A stretch of DNA of 32,364 nucleotides from Thermoplasmatota archaeon (GTDB lineage: Archaea > Thermoplasmatota > Penumbrarchaeia > Penumbrarchaeales > Penumbrarchaeaceae), in contig CBDDUX010000082.1 in assembly GCA_965234725.1 (NCBI GenBank), positions 1 through 32,364 on the forward strand. The letters are read 5' to 3'. The translations under genes and the position numbers were made by a program. Of the stretch, positions 9,499 to 19,200 are shown one piece after another. Position 1 is the first letter of the stretch; each line of letters begins with the position of its first letter. Below the pieces are notes generated by a model. The model searched no databases and had not been told where the DNA came from. It saw nothing but the letters and a program-made list of their open reading frames with translations.

Positions 9499-10797
9499 TC
9501 AAATCTCTCTGATCTTCACCATATGTGTTGCACACGAGATGCAGGGATCATAGGCCCTTGCGATCAGTTCCATCTTGGACCTTATTTCCTCTTTTGTCAA
9601 TCCTCTGTCGCTCAGGGTCTTTCCAACCTTCTTCATATCCTGGTCGATAATGAGATTGTTGATAGCGGTGGGAGTGATGATGTTAGCATCCGTCACCTTC
9701 CCCTCCTTATCCATGCTGTATTCATGGTAAAGGGTACCTCTTGGTACCTCAAGCGACCCGATCCCATGACCTTCACCAGGCTCGACCTGGACAGGCCTTT
9801 CGTCAGTTATGCCATCCTCTAAGATGAAATCTATCAGCTCCATTGCCCTCTCCCAGGCATATATACCCTCGAATGCCTGACCGAGATTGTTGTGGAGTAT
9901 GTTCTTGGATGGGAAGGGGAAGAATATATCCTTGGCCTCCAGAACATGGGGATGTGTGAATTCCTTCATGATGTTGAGCCTTGACAGGGATCCAACCATC
10001 ACTGCCTCACCCTGGGAGTTCTTGGAGACCTTTGCAGTGGACCAGGGTATGATCTCCTCCCTGATCACCTGACGGTAATCCTTGAGGTCGAACCTCTTCT
10101 CATCCAGTGCGATCGTATCCCCCATCAGGGTAAAATCATCGCTTACAGAGGAAACCAATGTTGAATACGGTGCTTCAAGAACCATTTCCTCCGGGTATGT
10201 CAGTGATGCGAACAGTTTGTAGGCCTCAAGTGTATGGTGGACGTTCTCCCTTAGCTTGTCACGAAGCTCCACCAGCTGTCTCCTGGATGGGAACTGGGTA
10301 AAACCGCCAATAACCGGCTTCTCCGGATGGATGGGCCTTCCGCCTATGAGCTCCTGGATATCATTGCCAATTCCCTTGAGCTTGAGGGCCCTGTTGACCT
10401 CCTCTGGATAGTCCTTGTAGAGGGCAATGGCGTTTGGCATACCCAGGAAATCAGGGAGGGCAAGAAAATATGTGTGGAGGTAATGGCTCTCTATCATGGA
10501 ACCCATATGGATCAATTCCCGGAACAGCTCCGTCTGTTTGGTCACCTCGACATCGAATGCATTCTCGATGGCCTTGATGGATGCCAGTTTATGTGAAACA
10601 GTGCATATGGCACAGATCCTGGTTACAATCGATGGAACATGCCTGAAGTACTTCCCCCTCACAAGGACCTCGAAGAACCTGGGTCCTTCAGTGATGGAGA
10701 AATTGACATCCTTCATCCTGTCCCCGTCGAATTCAAGGAATATCTCCCCGTGTCCTTCGACCCTGGCCACAGGTTCTATCTCCACATATTTCTTCAT
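9499..10797 (-). CDS. hyhL: [NiFe]-hydrogenase large subunit, group 3 (3b-like)
   Basis: ARVEGHG, L1 RICAICTVSH, EVPRG, L2 YDPCISCATH followed by a 7-aa C-terminal extension. Confidence 0.95.
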   Translation of the reverse strand: MKKYVEIEPVARVEGHGEIFLEFDGDRMKDVNFSITEGPRFFEVLVRGKYFRHVPSIVTRICAICTVSHKLASIKAIENAFDVEVTKQTELFRELIHMGSMIESHYLHTYFLALPDFLGMPNAIALYKDYPEEVNRALKLKGIGNDIQELIGGRPIHPEKPVIGGFTQFPSRRQLVELRDKLRENVHHTLEAYKLFASLTYPEEMVLEAPYSTLVSSVSDDFTLMGDTIALDEKRFDLKDYRQVIREEIIPWSTAKVSKNSQGEAVMVGSLSRLNIMKEFTHPHVLEAKDIFFPFPSKNILHNNLGQAFEGIYAWERAMELIDFILEDGITDERPVQVEPGEGHGIGSLEVPRGTLYHEYSMDKEGKVTDANIITPTAINNLIIDQDMKKVGKTLSDRGLTKEEIRSKMELIARAYDPCISCATHMVKIREI

Positions 10798-11486
10798 TTC
10801 CGATCACCCCTTATTCGCTGGATCTCCTCAATGACCTTCTTTCCCTCTTCCGAATAGGAGAATAGCTTGATGACATCTATGACATGGTCAAGGTTTATTC
10901 CCTTCTTCTCATAATCCCGAACAGCGAACTTGATCAGGTCCTCATGGAAAACGACACCCCTGCATCCGATGCAGGTGGACCCGTTCCTGGTGCAGTAAGC
11001 ATTGCATCCGGAATAGGTCAGAGGTCCGAGACAAATGTTCCCCCTGGACAGGTTGCACGATTCTCCCTGAAGAGGGCACATTGCACAGACTACTGTTGAG
11101 GAGATATCAAGGTCCTGACAAAGAGGAACATAGGGACAGTGGCCCGATGTCGGACAATCCCTGCATGCCTGTTCGTGCTGTGCCATTGTCAATTGGAGAA
11201 CCGTCCTTCTGAGGTCGTAGATCTTCCGAGATGTGGTGTGGATGACCATATTGGCTTTGACCAAGGTCTGACAGGCTTCCCTGACGATCTTGCTCTCTCC
11301 CTCGCCGATCTCCACAAGACACATTCTGCAGTTTCCCGTATTCCTCTTTCCAAGGATGGGATTGTAACAGATGTGGGGGAGGTCTATGTTCCTCTCTATG
11401 GAAGCTTCCAGGATCGTCTGGTCAGGTCTGACGAAGTATTCCTTCCCGTCAATTGTGACCTTCACCCGATTTTCGACCATTGTCAT
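10794..11486 (-). CDS. chimeric Fe-S subunit: NuoG/HydA-type [2Fe-2S] and His-ligated [4Fe-4S] domains fused to the C-terminal two-cluster domain of a [NiFe] small subunit
   Basis: LPHICY..GNCRMCLVE..ACQT; HEQACRDCPTSGHC (HxxxCxxCx5C); VCAMC..C..CLGPLTYSGCNAYC..CIGCRG. Confidence 0.88.
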   Translation of the reverse strand: MTMVENRVKVTIDGKEYFVRPDQTILEASIERNIDLPHICYNPILGKRNTGNCRMCLVEIGEGESKIVREACQTLVKANMVIHTTSRKIYDLRRTVLQLTMAQHEQACRDCPTSGHCPYVPLCQDLDISSTVVCAMCPLQGESCNLSRGNICLGPLTYSGCNAYCTRNGSTCIGCRGVVFHEDLIKFAVRDYEKKGINLDHVIDVIKLFSYSEEGKKVIEEIQRIRGDRK

Positions 11487-13232
11487 CTAATCCACCCCCT
11501 CTTCGGTGCAGGCTTTGTCGGGAAGGATCCCTTCAAGCTCCTTGTACAATCTTGCCTTCAGGAACCTGTTGGACCAATGGAGGGCTCCCTGATTGTAGGC
11601 CTCCATCTTGGTCCTTCTCTCCTTTACCACCAGTGGATCTAGGGTGGGATACTGCCCTCCACCTGTGAGGCAACCTCCCAGGCATGGTATGAACTCGACG
11701 AAATCGTAGGTATCGATGGTCTTTAGCACCTCATCCGCAGTGGTCAGGTCCGTGACCGTTGCAACCTTGAAATGGACATCCTGAAAATCAATGGTCCGCA
11801 CAATGGTCCCTTCCGGGGTTGTGAACCTATGGAACACGTTCTGTTTGGACTTAAATGCCATGGTATAATCCACCACCTCGTCACCCATGCCATCAATGGC
11901 GGGAGTATCGGCCAGGACATCTATCATGGGTTCCGTCATCACGAACCTATCAAAGGATACCTCTTCTATATCACAGAGGTCTATGTTGATCCTGTTCTTC
12001 TGAATGAGCCTGGAAACCTCCTTTGTCGAGATTACGGCATCGTAATCGCTCATCTTCTTCTGAGCAGTACACGGTGTGATAAGTACGATGAAAACAGGTC
12101 CGTATCTCTTCTCTATCAGGTCCCTGGCTATGGGTCCTGGCCTGTTTCCCATATCAAGATAGGATGCGTATTCCTTCTTCAATTTGGATATCCAAAGATT
12201 CGCTGATGGACACCAGGAAAGTATCTTCGTCGTTCCCGGATGTTCCATTGAATCCTGGACGGATCTGAATACGGAAATATGCTGGGCAGCGGCAAAATTG
12301 AATACCTTCTTTGCTCCCAGGTCCTTCAATGCCACTATGATCTTTCTCATCAATGCATGGGTGTTCTCCGGTTCATCGGTGAAAAGGTTCTCTGTCAGGG
12401 AGGCAAGTATCATGGGGTCGACAAGAGCAACGACATTCTTGCCTTCCTTTACCACTTTCTCGAAAAGCTCCAGGTTACCTTCCCTTTCTTTCAGAGCACC
12501 ACAGTAACAGCTCTGTATGCACTGACCGCAAGCGATGCATGTGGTGTCGGCAAAATCCTTCGAAAATGGGGTTGAAACCCTCTCCCCGTAGTTCCTGCCC
12601 ACCATAGATATGGCATTCACCCCTAGTCCCTCGGAGCATACATTCACGCATCTCCTGCAGGATATGCATTTCTCCGGAAGATAATTGATGACCTGATCGT
12701 TCAGCTGCTGGTAGGTCTCCTCTACTCCCCTGTCAATGGGCAACGGTAGTGTCTCGTTCTTTTGAGGGTCCATTGTGGCGAACTTCTTGAAATAGTAAAT
12801 GACCTCGCTCTCCCTGATAGGACAGCCCCGGATCATGTAATCCACTTCTATGAAATAGTCCAGTGCATAGGCCTTCTTCAAGGTGGTTGTGTTTATCATC
12901 GTCTGACCATAGACAGCCTGGTATGCTTCCTTTGCACCAAGGATATCCTTTCCGGTTGCAACTCCTCCCGATGCAGCGCAGGTCCCTATGGCAACGACCT
13001 TTCTGGAGTTCTTCCTGATATTGTGGAGAACCTCTATGTCCTCCTCCGTGACAACCGCACCTTCGACGAATGCAACATCCAGCATACCGAAATCATGACC
13101 TGATGATGCCATTGAGAACACTTTGATATCGATGGCATCAAAGATCTCGAGAAGCTGCTCCTCGCAGTTCAGGATCGCCAGTTGGTCCCCGGCACAGGAG
13201 GTCAGACCGAAGATACCTGCCTTGACCTTCAT
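11487..13232 (-). CDS. fusion of [NiFe] small-subunit N-domain, 2x[4Fe-4S] ferredoxin and degenerate [FeFe]-hydrogenase H-domain (group F-type hybrid subunit, 581 aa)
   Basis: LTSCAGDQ/FVEGAV/IGTCA/GCP; CISCRRCVNVC and CIACGQCIQSC; SWCP, TPCTAQKK, EFIPCLGGCLTGGGQ; ATG 13232 in ATGA overlap with GGAGGTGG upstream. Confidence 0.9.
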   Translation of the reverse strand: MKVKAGIFGLTSCAGDQLAILNCEEQLLEIFDAIDIKVFSMASSGHDFGMLDVAFVEGAVVTEEDIEVLHNIRKNSRKVVAIGTCAASGGVATGKDILGAKEAYQAVYGQTMINTTTLKKAYALDYFIEVDYMIRGCPIRESEVIYYFKKFATMDPQKNETLPLPIDRGVEETYQQLNDQVINYLPEKCISCRRCVNVCSEGLGVNAISMVGRNYGERVSTPFSKDFADTTCIACGQCIQSCYCGALKEREGNLELFEKVVKEGKNVVALVDPMILASLTENLFTDEPENTHALMRKIIVALKDLGAKKVFNFAAAQHISVFRSVQDSMEHPGTTKILSWCPSANLWISKLKKEYASYLDMGNRPGPIARDLIEKRYGPVFIVLITPCTAQKKMSDYDAVISTKEVSRLIQKNRINIDLCDIEEVSFDRFVMTEPMIDVLADTPAIDGMGDEVVDYTMAFKSKQNVFHRFTTPEGTIVRTIDFQDVHFKVATVTDLTTADEVLKTIDTYDFVEFIPCLGGCLTGGGQYPTLDPLVVKERRTKMEAYNQGALHWSNRFLKARLYKELEGILPDKACTEEGVD

Positions 13233-14527
13233 CTTTTCCCACCTCCCATGGGACAGACATGGGCAGGACATTCACCCTTGACGTGTTCTTCCACATCTTC
13301 TTTGAAGTTATTGTAAAGCGATTGGAACGGGGTCGAGGCCGTCTTTCCCAGACCGCAGATGGATGCCTGGTCCATAGCTCTCGCGATCTCCATTGTTTTT
13401 TCAAGTTCCTTTTCCTCTGCCCTCATGTTCCTCAGGTCATCAAGGATCCTCAAGATGTGACGGGTCCCGGTCCTGCAAGGGGTACATTTACCACAGCTTT
13501 CGAAGGCGAAGAAACCCATAAGGTTGTGAGCAAGGTCCACGGGACATGTCTTTTCGTTGAAGATGACGATAACTCCCGAACCGAGGGACAAACCAGCATT
13601 CTCCGCATCCTCCATGGAATATTTCATATCCAATTTGAAGGGAGTTATCAGCGATCCGGAAGCACCTCCCAGGAGAACGGCCCTGATATTATTCCCATCC
13701 ACACCTCCTCCGATCTCATCTATGATCTCACGAAGTGACCATTTACCCATTTCCACTTCGTAAGCTCCCGGCTTTTTCACATGGCCGGACAGGGATACGA
13801 TCCTTGTTCCGGTGGATTGTCTGGTCCCTATTGAGGCGTAGTTCTCTCCTCCTTCCTTGATGATATAGGGGACATTGGCAAGTGTCTCCACATTGTTGAC
13901 ACATGTCGGTCTGTCGAAGAGACCGGAGACAGCGGTCCTTTTTGCCTTTATCTTGGCCTGACCGGCCCTTCCCTCTATGGACTGCTGGATAGCGGAGGAC
14001 TCACCGCAGATATAGGCCCCGGCACCTTTTACTACCTCTATATCGAAATCGAATCCCTTTCCCATAATATCCTTACCAAGGAGGTTCTTCTTCCTGGCCT
14101 GTTCGAAGAGGTTCTCGAACATGGGTGGGAAGAACGGGTATTCACCTCTGTTGTAGATGAATCCCTTGTTGATCCCCATTGCAAAGGCGCCGATGGTCAT
14201 TCCTTCAATTAGCTTGAATGGATCTGTCTCCACCAGTGTTCTGTCCTTGAAGGTGCCTTCTTCCCCTTCGTCGAAATTGGTTATCAGGACCTTATCTTTG
14301 TTAGGCTGCATGGCAACCGATTCCCACTTGAAACCTGCATGGAAACCGGCTCCGCCTCTCCCCCGGATCCTGGATTTGGAAACCTCATTTATCACCCATC
14401 TGGATCCCTTCTCCATTGCCTTTTTGAGGGATGTGTATCCCCCTTCTCTCATGAAGTCAACTATGGACCTTGGATCATAACCTTCCTTTCCCCTGTTCTC
14501 AAGGAGAATGAGCCTTTCACTGACCAC
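13229..14527 (-). CDS. NuoF/HydB-like FMN/NAD(H) diaphorase subunit
   Basis: GRGGAGF, DEGEEGTFKDR, GAGAYICGE, NNVETL, ESCGKCTPCRTG..CGLG; GTG 14527 follows GGAGGTG (ORF track starts at 14536). Confidence 0.93.
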   Translation of the reverse strand: MVSERLILLENRGKEGYDPRSIVDFMREGGYTSLKKAMEKGSRWVINEVSKSRIRGRGGAGFHAGFKWESVAMQPNKDKVLITNFDEGEEGTFKDRTLVETDPFKLIEGMTIGAFAMGINKGFIYNRGEYPFFPPMFENLFEQARKKNLLGKDIMGKGFDFDIEVVKGAGAYICGESSAIQQSIEGRAGQAKIKAKRTAVSGLFDRPTCVNNVETLANVPYIIKEGGENYASIGTRQSTGTRIVSLSGHVKKPGAYEVEMGKWSLREIIDEIGGGVDGNNIRAVLLGGASGSLITPFKLDMKYSMEDAENAGLSLGSGVIVIFNEKTCPVDLAHNLMGFFAFESCGKCTPCRTGTRHILRILDDLRNMRAEEKELEKTMEIARAMDQASICGLGKTASTPFQSLYNNFKEDVEEHVKGECPAHVCPMGGGKR

Positions 14528-15011
14528 TTGACCCACCTCCTTCTTTGATCAGGTTGTCAATGATCGATAGTGCTTTTCCAGCATCCAAATTCCTGTATAC
14601 CTCGTGATTCACCATCATGGCAGGTCCACCGTCACACTGACCGATACAGGAGGCTCCCTCAAGTGTTATCAGACCATCGGGGGTAGTCTCTCCGTCTTCA
14701 ATACCCAGCCTCTGCTTCAATGCATCCAGTATCTTCGAGGATGCATGGGCGTGGCAGGAGATCCCCCGACAGACCCTTACAATATGTTTCCCTGTATGTT
14801 CCAGCCTGAACTCATCGTAGAATGTTACGGCTGAAAAAAGTTCGGAAGGGGGTCTTCCAAGTTTTTTAGCGAGGTAATGCACATGGTCGGAGGATATCAT
14901 CCCGTACCTGTCCTGCAGTTTATGGAGCAGGTATAGAACGGGAGACTCCAACCCTGATGATCCTTCAAGGATAGCATCCAGGAACTTCCGGTCTTCAGTT
15001 GAGAGGGCCAT
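14517..15011 (-). CDS. NuoE/HydC-like [2Fe-2S] subunit
   Basis: VTFY, VCRGISCH, CIGQCDGGP motifs. Confidence 0.93.
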   Translation of the reverse strand: MALSTEDRKFLDAILEGSSGLESPVLYLLHKLQDRYGMISSDHVHYLAKKLGRPPSELFSAVTFYDEFRLEHTGKHIVRVCRGISCHAHASSKILDALKQRLGIEDGETTPDGLITLEGASCIGQCDGGPAMMVNHEVYRNLDAGKALSIIDNLIKEGGGSSGQ

Positions 15012-15044
15012 TGTCTGACACCGCGAGCGGTTACTTCACCATTG

Positions 15045-15101
15045 TATTAAAGCTATTGGTATGGATAATATCCATTGACACTTGATTATGATCTTATCAT
15101 A
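15045..15101 (-). promoter_or_regulatory. hydrogenase operon promoter with two upstream palindromes
   Basis: Minus-strand CCAATAGC-TTTAATA (BRE/TATA-like, 15045-15059); ATGGATA-A-TATCCAT at 15061-15075; TATGAT-CTT-ATCATA at 15087-15101. Confidence 0.55.
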
Positions 15102-15215
15102 CCATATCTGGGGTCTGTAGGCATTATAAAAGTGCGGATCGTGAATTATATTTCATAGTTTCAGGACGATCTGTAACAATGGTTTTGAGATCCCTTCCAT
15201 ATGGTTTGGAATGGA

Positions 15216-16283
15216 TTAACAGATCCTGGGGACCGGGTCCCCGTAGGGAGCATCCATTATCCTTCTGCCTCCGATGGCGGTCTCGATAACCACTCTGGGC
15301 TTGCCTTTGATCACCCTTCCGATGATCTCAGCATCTCGTCCCAGAGGATGGGCCTTGATCGAGGATAGGACACTATCTTCCATTCCATCGACCACGGCTA
15401 TAATGGCCTTCCCCTCGTTACCGATCTCGAACGGGTCCAGTCCCAGCATGTCGCAGGCGCTCACAACCTGCGGTTTGACCGGGATCGATCCCTCGTTGAC
15501 CTCGACCCCATATCCTGATTTCGAGGACCATTCGTTCAGACCGTTGGCCAAACCTCCCCTTGTAAGGTCCTTTGCCGCTGTTATTCCCCCAACCTCTATC
15601 GCTTCATCCATAAGAGAAGTGAGGGGTGCAACATCCGATCGGAGGTCCGTATCGAATCCATAGCCCTCCCTGAAAGATAGAAGCGAGATCCCGTGGTCTC
15701 CCACAGAACCTGTGAGAATGATGTGATCATTGGGTCTGATGGAATCATCCCGAAGCCATGATTGTCCCTTGGGTCTTGTTGATCTTCCCGAAAGGTCAAG
15801 ACATCTTTCAAGGGACGGATGCCTGAAACCTATCCCTGCTGTGGTGACCACCATCCCTTTTACCCCTCCTCTTTCCACAACCTTGGTATCACCTGTGATC
15901 ACAGCAACGCCAGCTTCCCTGGAGGATCTCCCTATTGACTTTGACACCCTTTCAAGTAGTTCCATTGAAAGGCCTTCCTCAATGACCATGGAAAGTGCCA
16001 AGGCCCTGGGGACAGCACCAACGACCGCCAGGTCGTTCACGGTTCCGCATACGGAAAGGGAACCGATGTCCCCTCCGGGAAATTCAAGCGGCCAAACAGT
16101 GTGACCGTCTATTGTCATGGCAACATCGTTGATGACAGCTGAATCATCCATGAGGTCAGGGGCCAATCCGCTATCCTCGATCTCGATCGAACCCCTTATG
16201 TTCGGAATGAGGATGGTCCTTAAAAGCTCCTGCATGAGCTCTCCCCCGGCCCCTTGTCCGAGCTTGACACCGTTACCTTCCAT
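15216..16283 (-). CDS. hypE: hydrogenase maturation carbamoyl dehydratase HypE
   Basis: GAGG, FPGGDIGSLSVCGTVNDLA, TGDTKVV, DLTRGGLA, NEGK, C-terminal PRIC; start placed at ATG 16283 (ORF track 16328). Confidence 0.95.
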   Translation of the reverse strand: MEGNGVKLGQGAGGELMQELLRTILIPNIRGSIEIEDSGLAPDLMDDSAVINDVAMTIDGHTVWPLEFPGGDIGSLSVCGTVNDLAVVGAVPRALALSMVIEEGLSMELLERVSKSIGRSSREAGVAVITGDTKVVERGGVKGMVVTTAGIGFRHPSLERCLDLSGRSTRPKGQSWLRDDSIRPNDHIILTGSVGDHGISLLSFREGYGFDTDLRSDVAPLTSLMDEAIEVGGITAAKDLTRGGLANGLNEWSSKSGYGVEVNEGSIPVKPQVVSACDMLGLDPFEIGNEGKAIIAVVDGMEDSVLSSIKAHPLGRDAEIIGRVIKGKPRVVIETAIGGRRIMDAPYGDPVPRIC

Positions 16284-19200
16284 TGTTACCTGCCCCATTA
16301 CTGTCCGGAACGGGAACATCTTCATCAAGGTTGTCCTTGTAAGCCTTCAGGAACACACCCTTTCCAATGATGAAGACCACGATAAGGATCACTATGGCTA
16401 TCAGTGAAAAACCAAGAAGTATCACTAGTAGGAAGGTCTCAGGGGGCCTTCTTTCATTATTTCCCTTAACCTCCAGGGATTCATTGATCTCCAATTCACC
16501 TGCATAGGTCCCGTTCAATGTCTCACCGTTCACTTTAAGTTCCAGTTCGAGAACAGAACCTTCCTTGAAGGGGCCGACAATATCCATGAACAGATCACCG
16601 GTGGAAGATGGTCCGACCAAGATCCCCCTTTCTCCGACGATCTGAGAGGTAGAGATGTCATTTGCTGATACGATGAATGTGAGCTGTATCGGTCCATCAT
16701 TCCTTATTCGAACTGTAAATTGTCCCCCTTCCTCCGTTGCCTCGGAGGATAGGATCCTGGCACTCCATGGGAACTCTCCCCACCCCCATAATGATACAAG
16801 GACCCTCACCTTTCTCTGAGCCGTATTCCCTGTGGAATCTGTTACATCTAATGTGATATTGTGGATCCCGGGAGAAAGCGTGGTATAGAGATGCTCCTTG
16901 ATGGAACCGGGACCGTTCAATGCACCATCTATGTCAGATGTCCATCTGTAGGTCAGATTATCACCATACTGGGTATCCGGATCGAACGCATCCGCCAGGA
17001 GCAGGACAGATCTTCCGGGAAGGATCACCGATCCGTTTACCGGGGAGAGGATCGTAACACCTGTTGGAGGGTCCGGAATACTTTGTATGATTATTCCCAT
17101 TATCAGGAAGGAGGAAACCTCTCCGTCGGATACCTTGACCTTGACAAAACCTTCTCCGGATTGGTCCTGTTGCGGCAGAATGTTCAGCAGATCATCCGAT
17201 ATCTCAGCGAGGAATGGATAGTAATCCTCCACCGAGATTATCAACGGATCACCGTCAGGATCGTAGGCGATCTTATCCAGGTCCATTGAAAAGGATCCGT
17301 TGTCCTCTATTAGGTAAATCAGGTCGATACCCCCGAAGAACTCGGGTGGTCTGTTGATGTGTTTGGTGGTTACCTTTATCGGACCTGCCATCTCCGAGAT
17401 GGGACCATCATCGTCAACAGCGGAGACCCCGTACTCGTATGTGGTATTGTCCTTGAGACCCCGATCGACAAAATGAATGGCGGTTTGGGATAGGTTTCCA
17501 ACCAGTTTGAAACCGTTCTCATTTGGTCCCTTTCTGTAAACCAGATAGGCTGAGATATCCTGGATGAAAGGAGGGTCCCAGAAGATCTCCACGGATGTGT
17601 TGGTCAACGGTTGGGCATACAGTGAACGGGGAGGGGGTGGTGGTACCAGGTCGAAAGGGGTACCTGTCACATTCGGGGCAAGGCTAGATATCTGCCCGTT
17701 GTGATCTTCGGTAAGTATGGAGATATTATAGGCTACCCCGTTTTCAAGATCACTGAGAATTACCTCGTTCTTTGGATAGGTCACATATTCATTTGGTGAG
17801 GGTCCGGCAGGGCTTGAATACTTTATGATCGTCCGATTGATATCTTCCCCAACGAAATCCCAGCTGACTTTCAGGGAACTTCCCTCATTGAGGGATTCCA
17901 CAACGATGTTCTTGGGAGGGAGAGGGGCCTGGTCCACGTTGATCCTCAGATCATGGGACCATCCCCTGTATCCTCTGGAATTGTAACCTGTGATCCTGAA
18001 ATAGAGGGTGGAGTTGGGATTGTTCTCAATGGTGATGGAATCCCCGGAAACAGACCAGATAGTGAGGTCCTTTGAAAAATCCTTCTGGGTGGATCTCTGT
18101 ATGAGGACGCCATCAATATCATTCGTTGTCCAGGTAATATTTATTCTTCCTGTTCCGGAGAAATGGTATGCGGTGAAATCAGGGATATAGGGCATCTCCC
18201 AGTACAAATCCTTCATGAGAGGATAGAGGTCCCGGCCATTGTGAGGGAGATCGGTATCACCGATCCCGTCCTCTCTGATCCGATCACCGCTTCCGTCATC
18301 CTTTCCCCTGTAAGACGTGTAATAGTTGCCTTCCTTCAGGTCGGAATCATACCACATGGAATCAGGAATGCCCTCGGTTTCCCTGAAGTTAAGGATGAAA
18401 GCATTATGATAGATCAGACAGTCCTCGGGTTCCGAGATCGCAACTCCGCATTCGATGAACCGGGACCTTGTAACGGTCACACTTTTTGGAGATATCAGTC
18501 CTGCGATACAATCGATGAACGTGGAGTTGACCACCCATCCAACCTGTATCATATCTATTCCATCGATCTCGGTGAATACCGTATTAAAAGAGACAAGTGA
18601 CTTCTCCCTCATGTTGATGGAACCGTTCACCACTTTCGAATCTTTGATGTCTATCAACCCAAGAGAATCAATGGGGACCTCCGATCCGATTATCGATGAG
18701 GACCTGATGTACGTCCTTGTGGCGATATTCGTTGTGATCCCACTAGAGCAGTTGATCAGATGGCAGTTGTTGATGTTCAGGGCGCCTTCCTGGTTCATTA
18801 TCCCATTTTTATGGTCTATGACGGTCAGGTTCTCAAGGTTGATCATGGAAGTGGAGACCGTTGTCACGGCGTGGTTGGGGTCCATGTTACTGCTTCTGAA
18901 TGTGGAATTGGCCAGATGTGAGTCATCATTAAGGATGACCCTTGTATCCTCGAGTAGATCCGAATCAAGAATTAGCAGATCTCCTTCCAAGGACAGATTG
19001 GAACCGTATGAGTTGGTTATGGAAATATTTCCTGTTGTACCGGTGCTCAATAGCGTTCTCCAAGTCCCATTTCCGATTATCTCCGATCTGTCCTCTGTGG
19101 TCGTTGGATCGTTATCCAGATCGGTGATCTCAACTATACCTTCCGTATAGATCTGATAGGAAGAGTTCACGGTGACCGTGGTGTTCCTCAATACCAATTT

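Noticed and set aside
10794..15011. Respiratory complex I nuoEFG or formate dehydrogenase
   Set aside because: No membrane Nuo subunits and no molybdopterin domain; the genes are fused to or coupled with hydrogenase domains
15015..15022. CTGACACC just upstream of the nuoE-like start, identical to the block X hairpin arm
   Set aside because: A single 8-mer without its partner arm; compatible with chance
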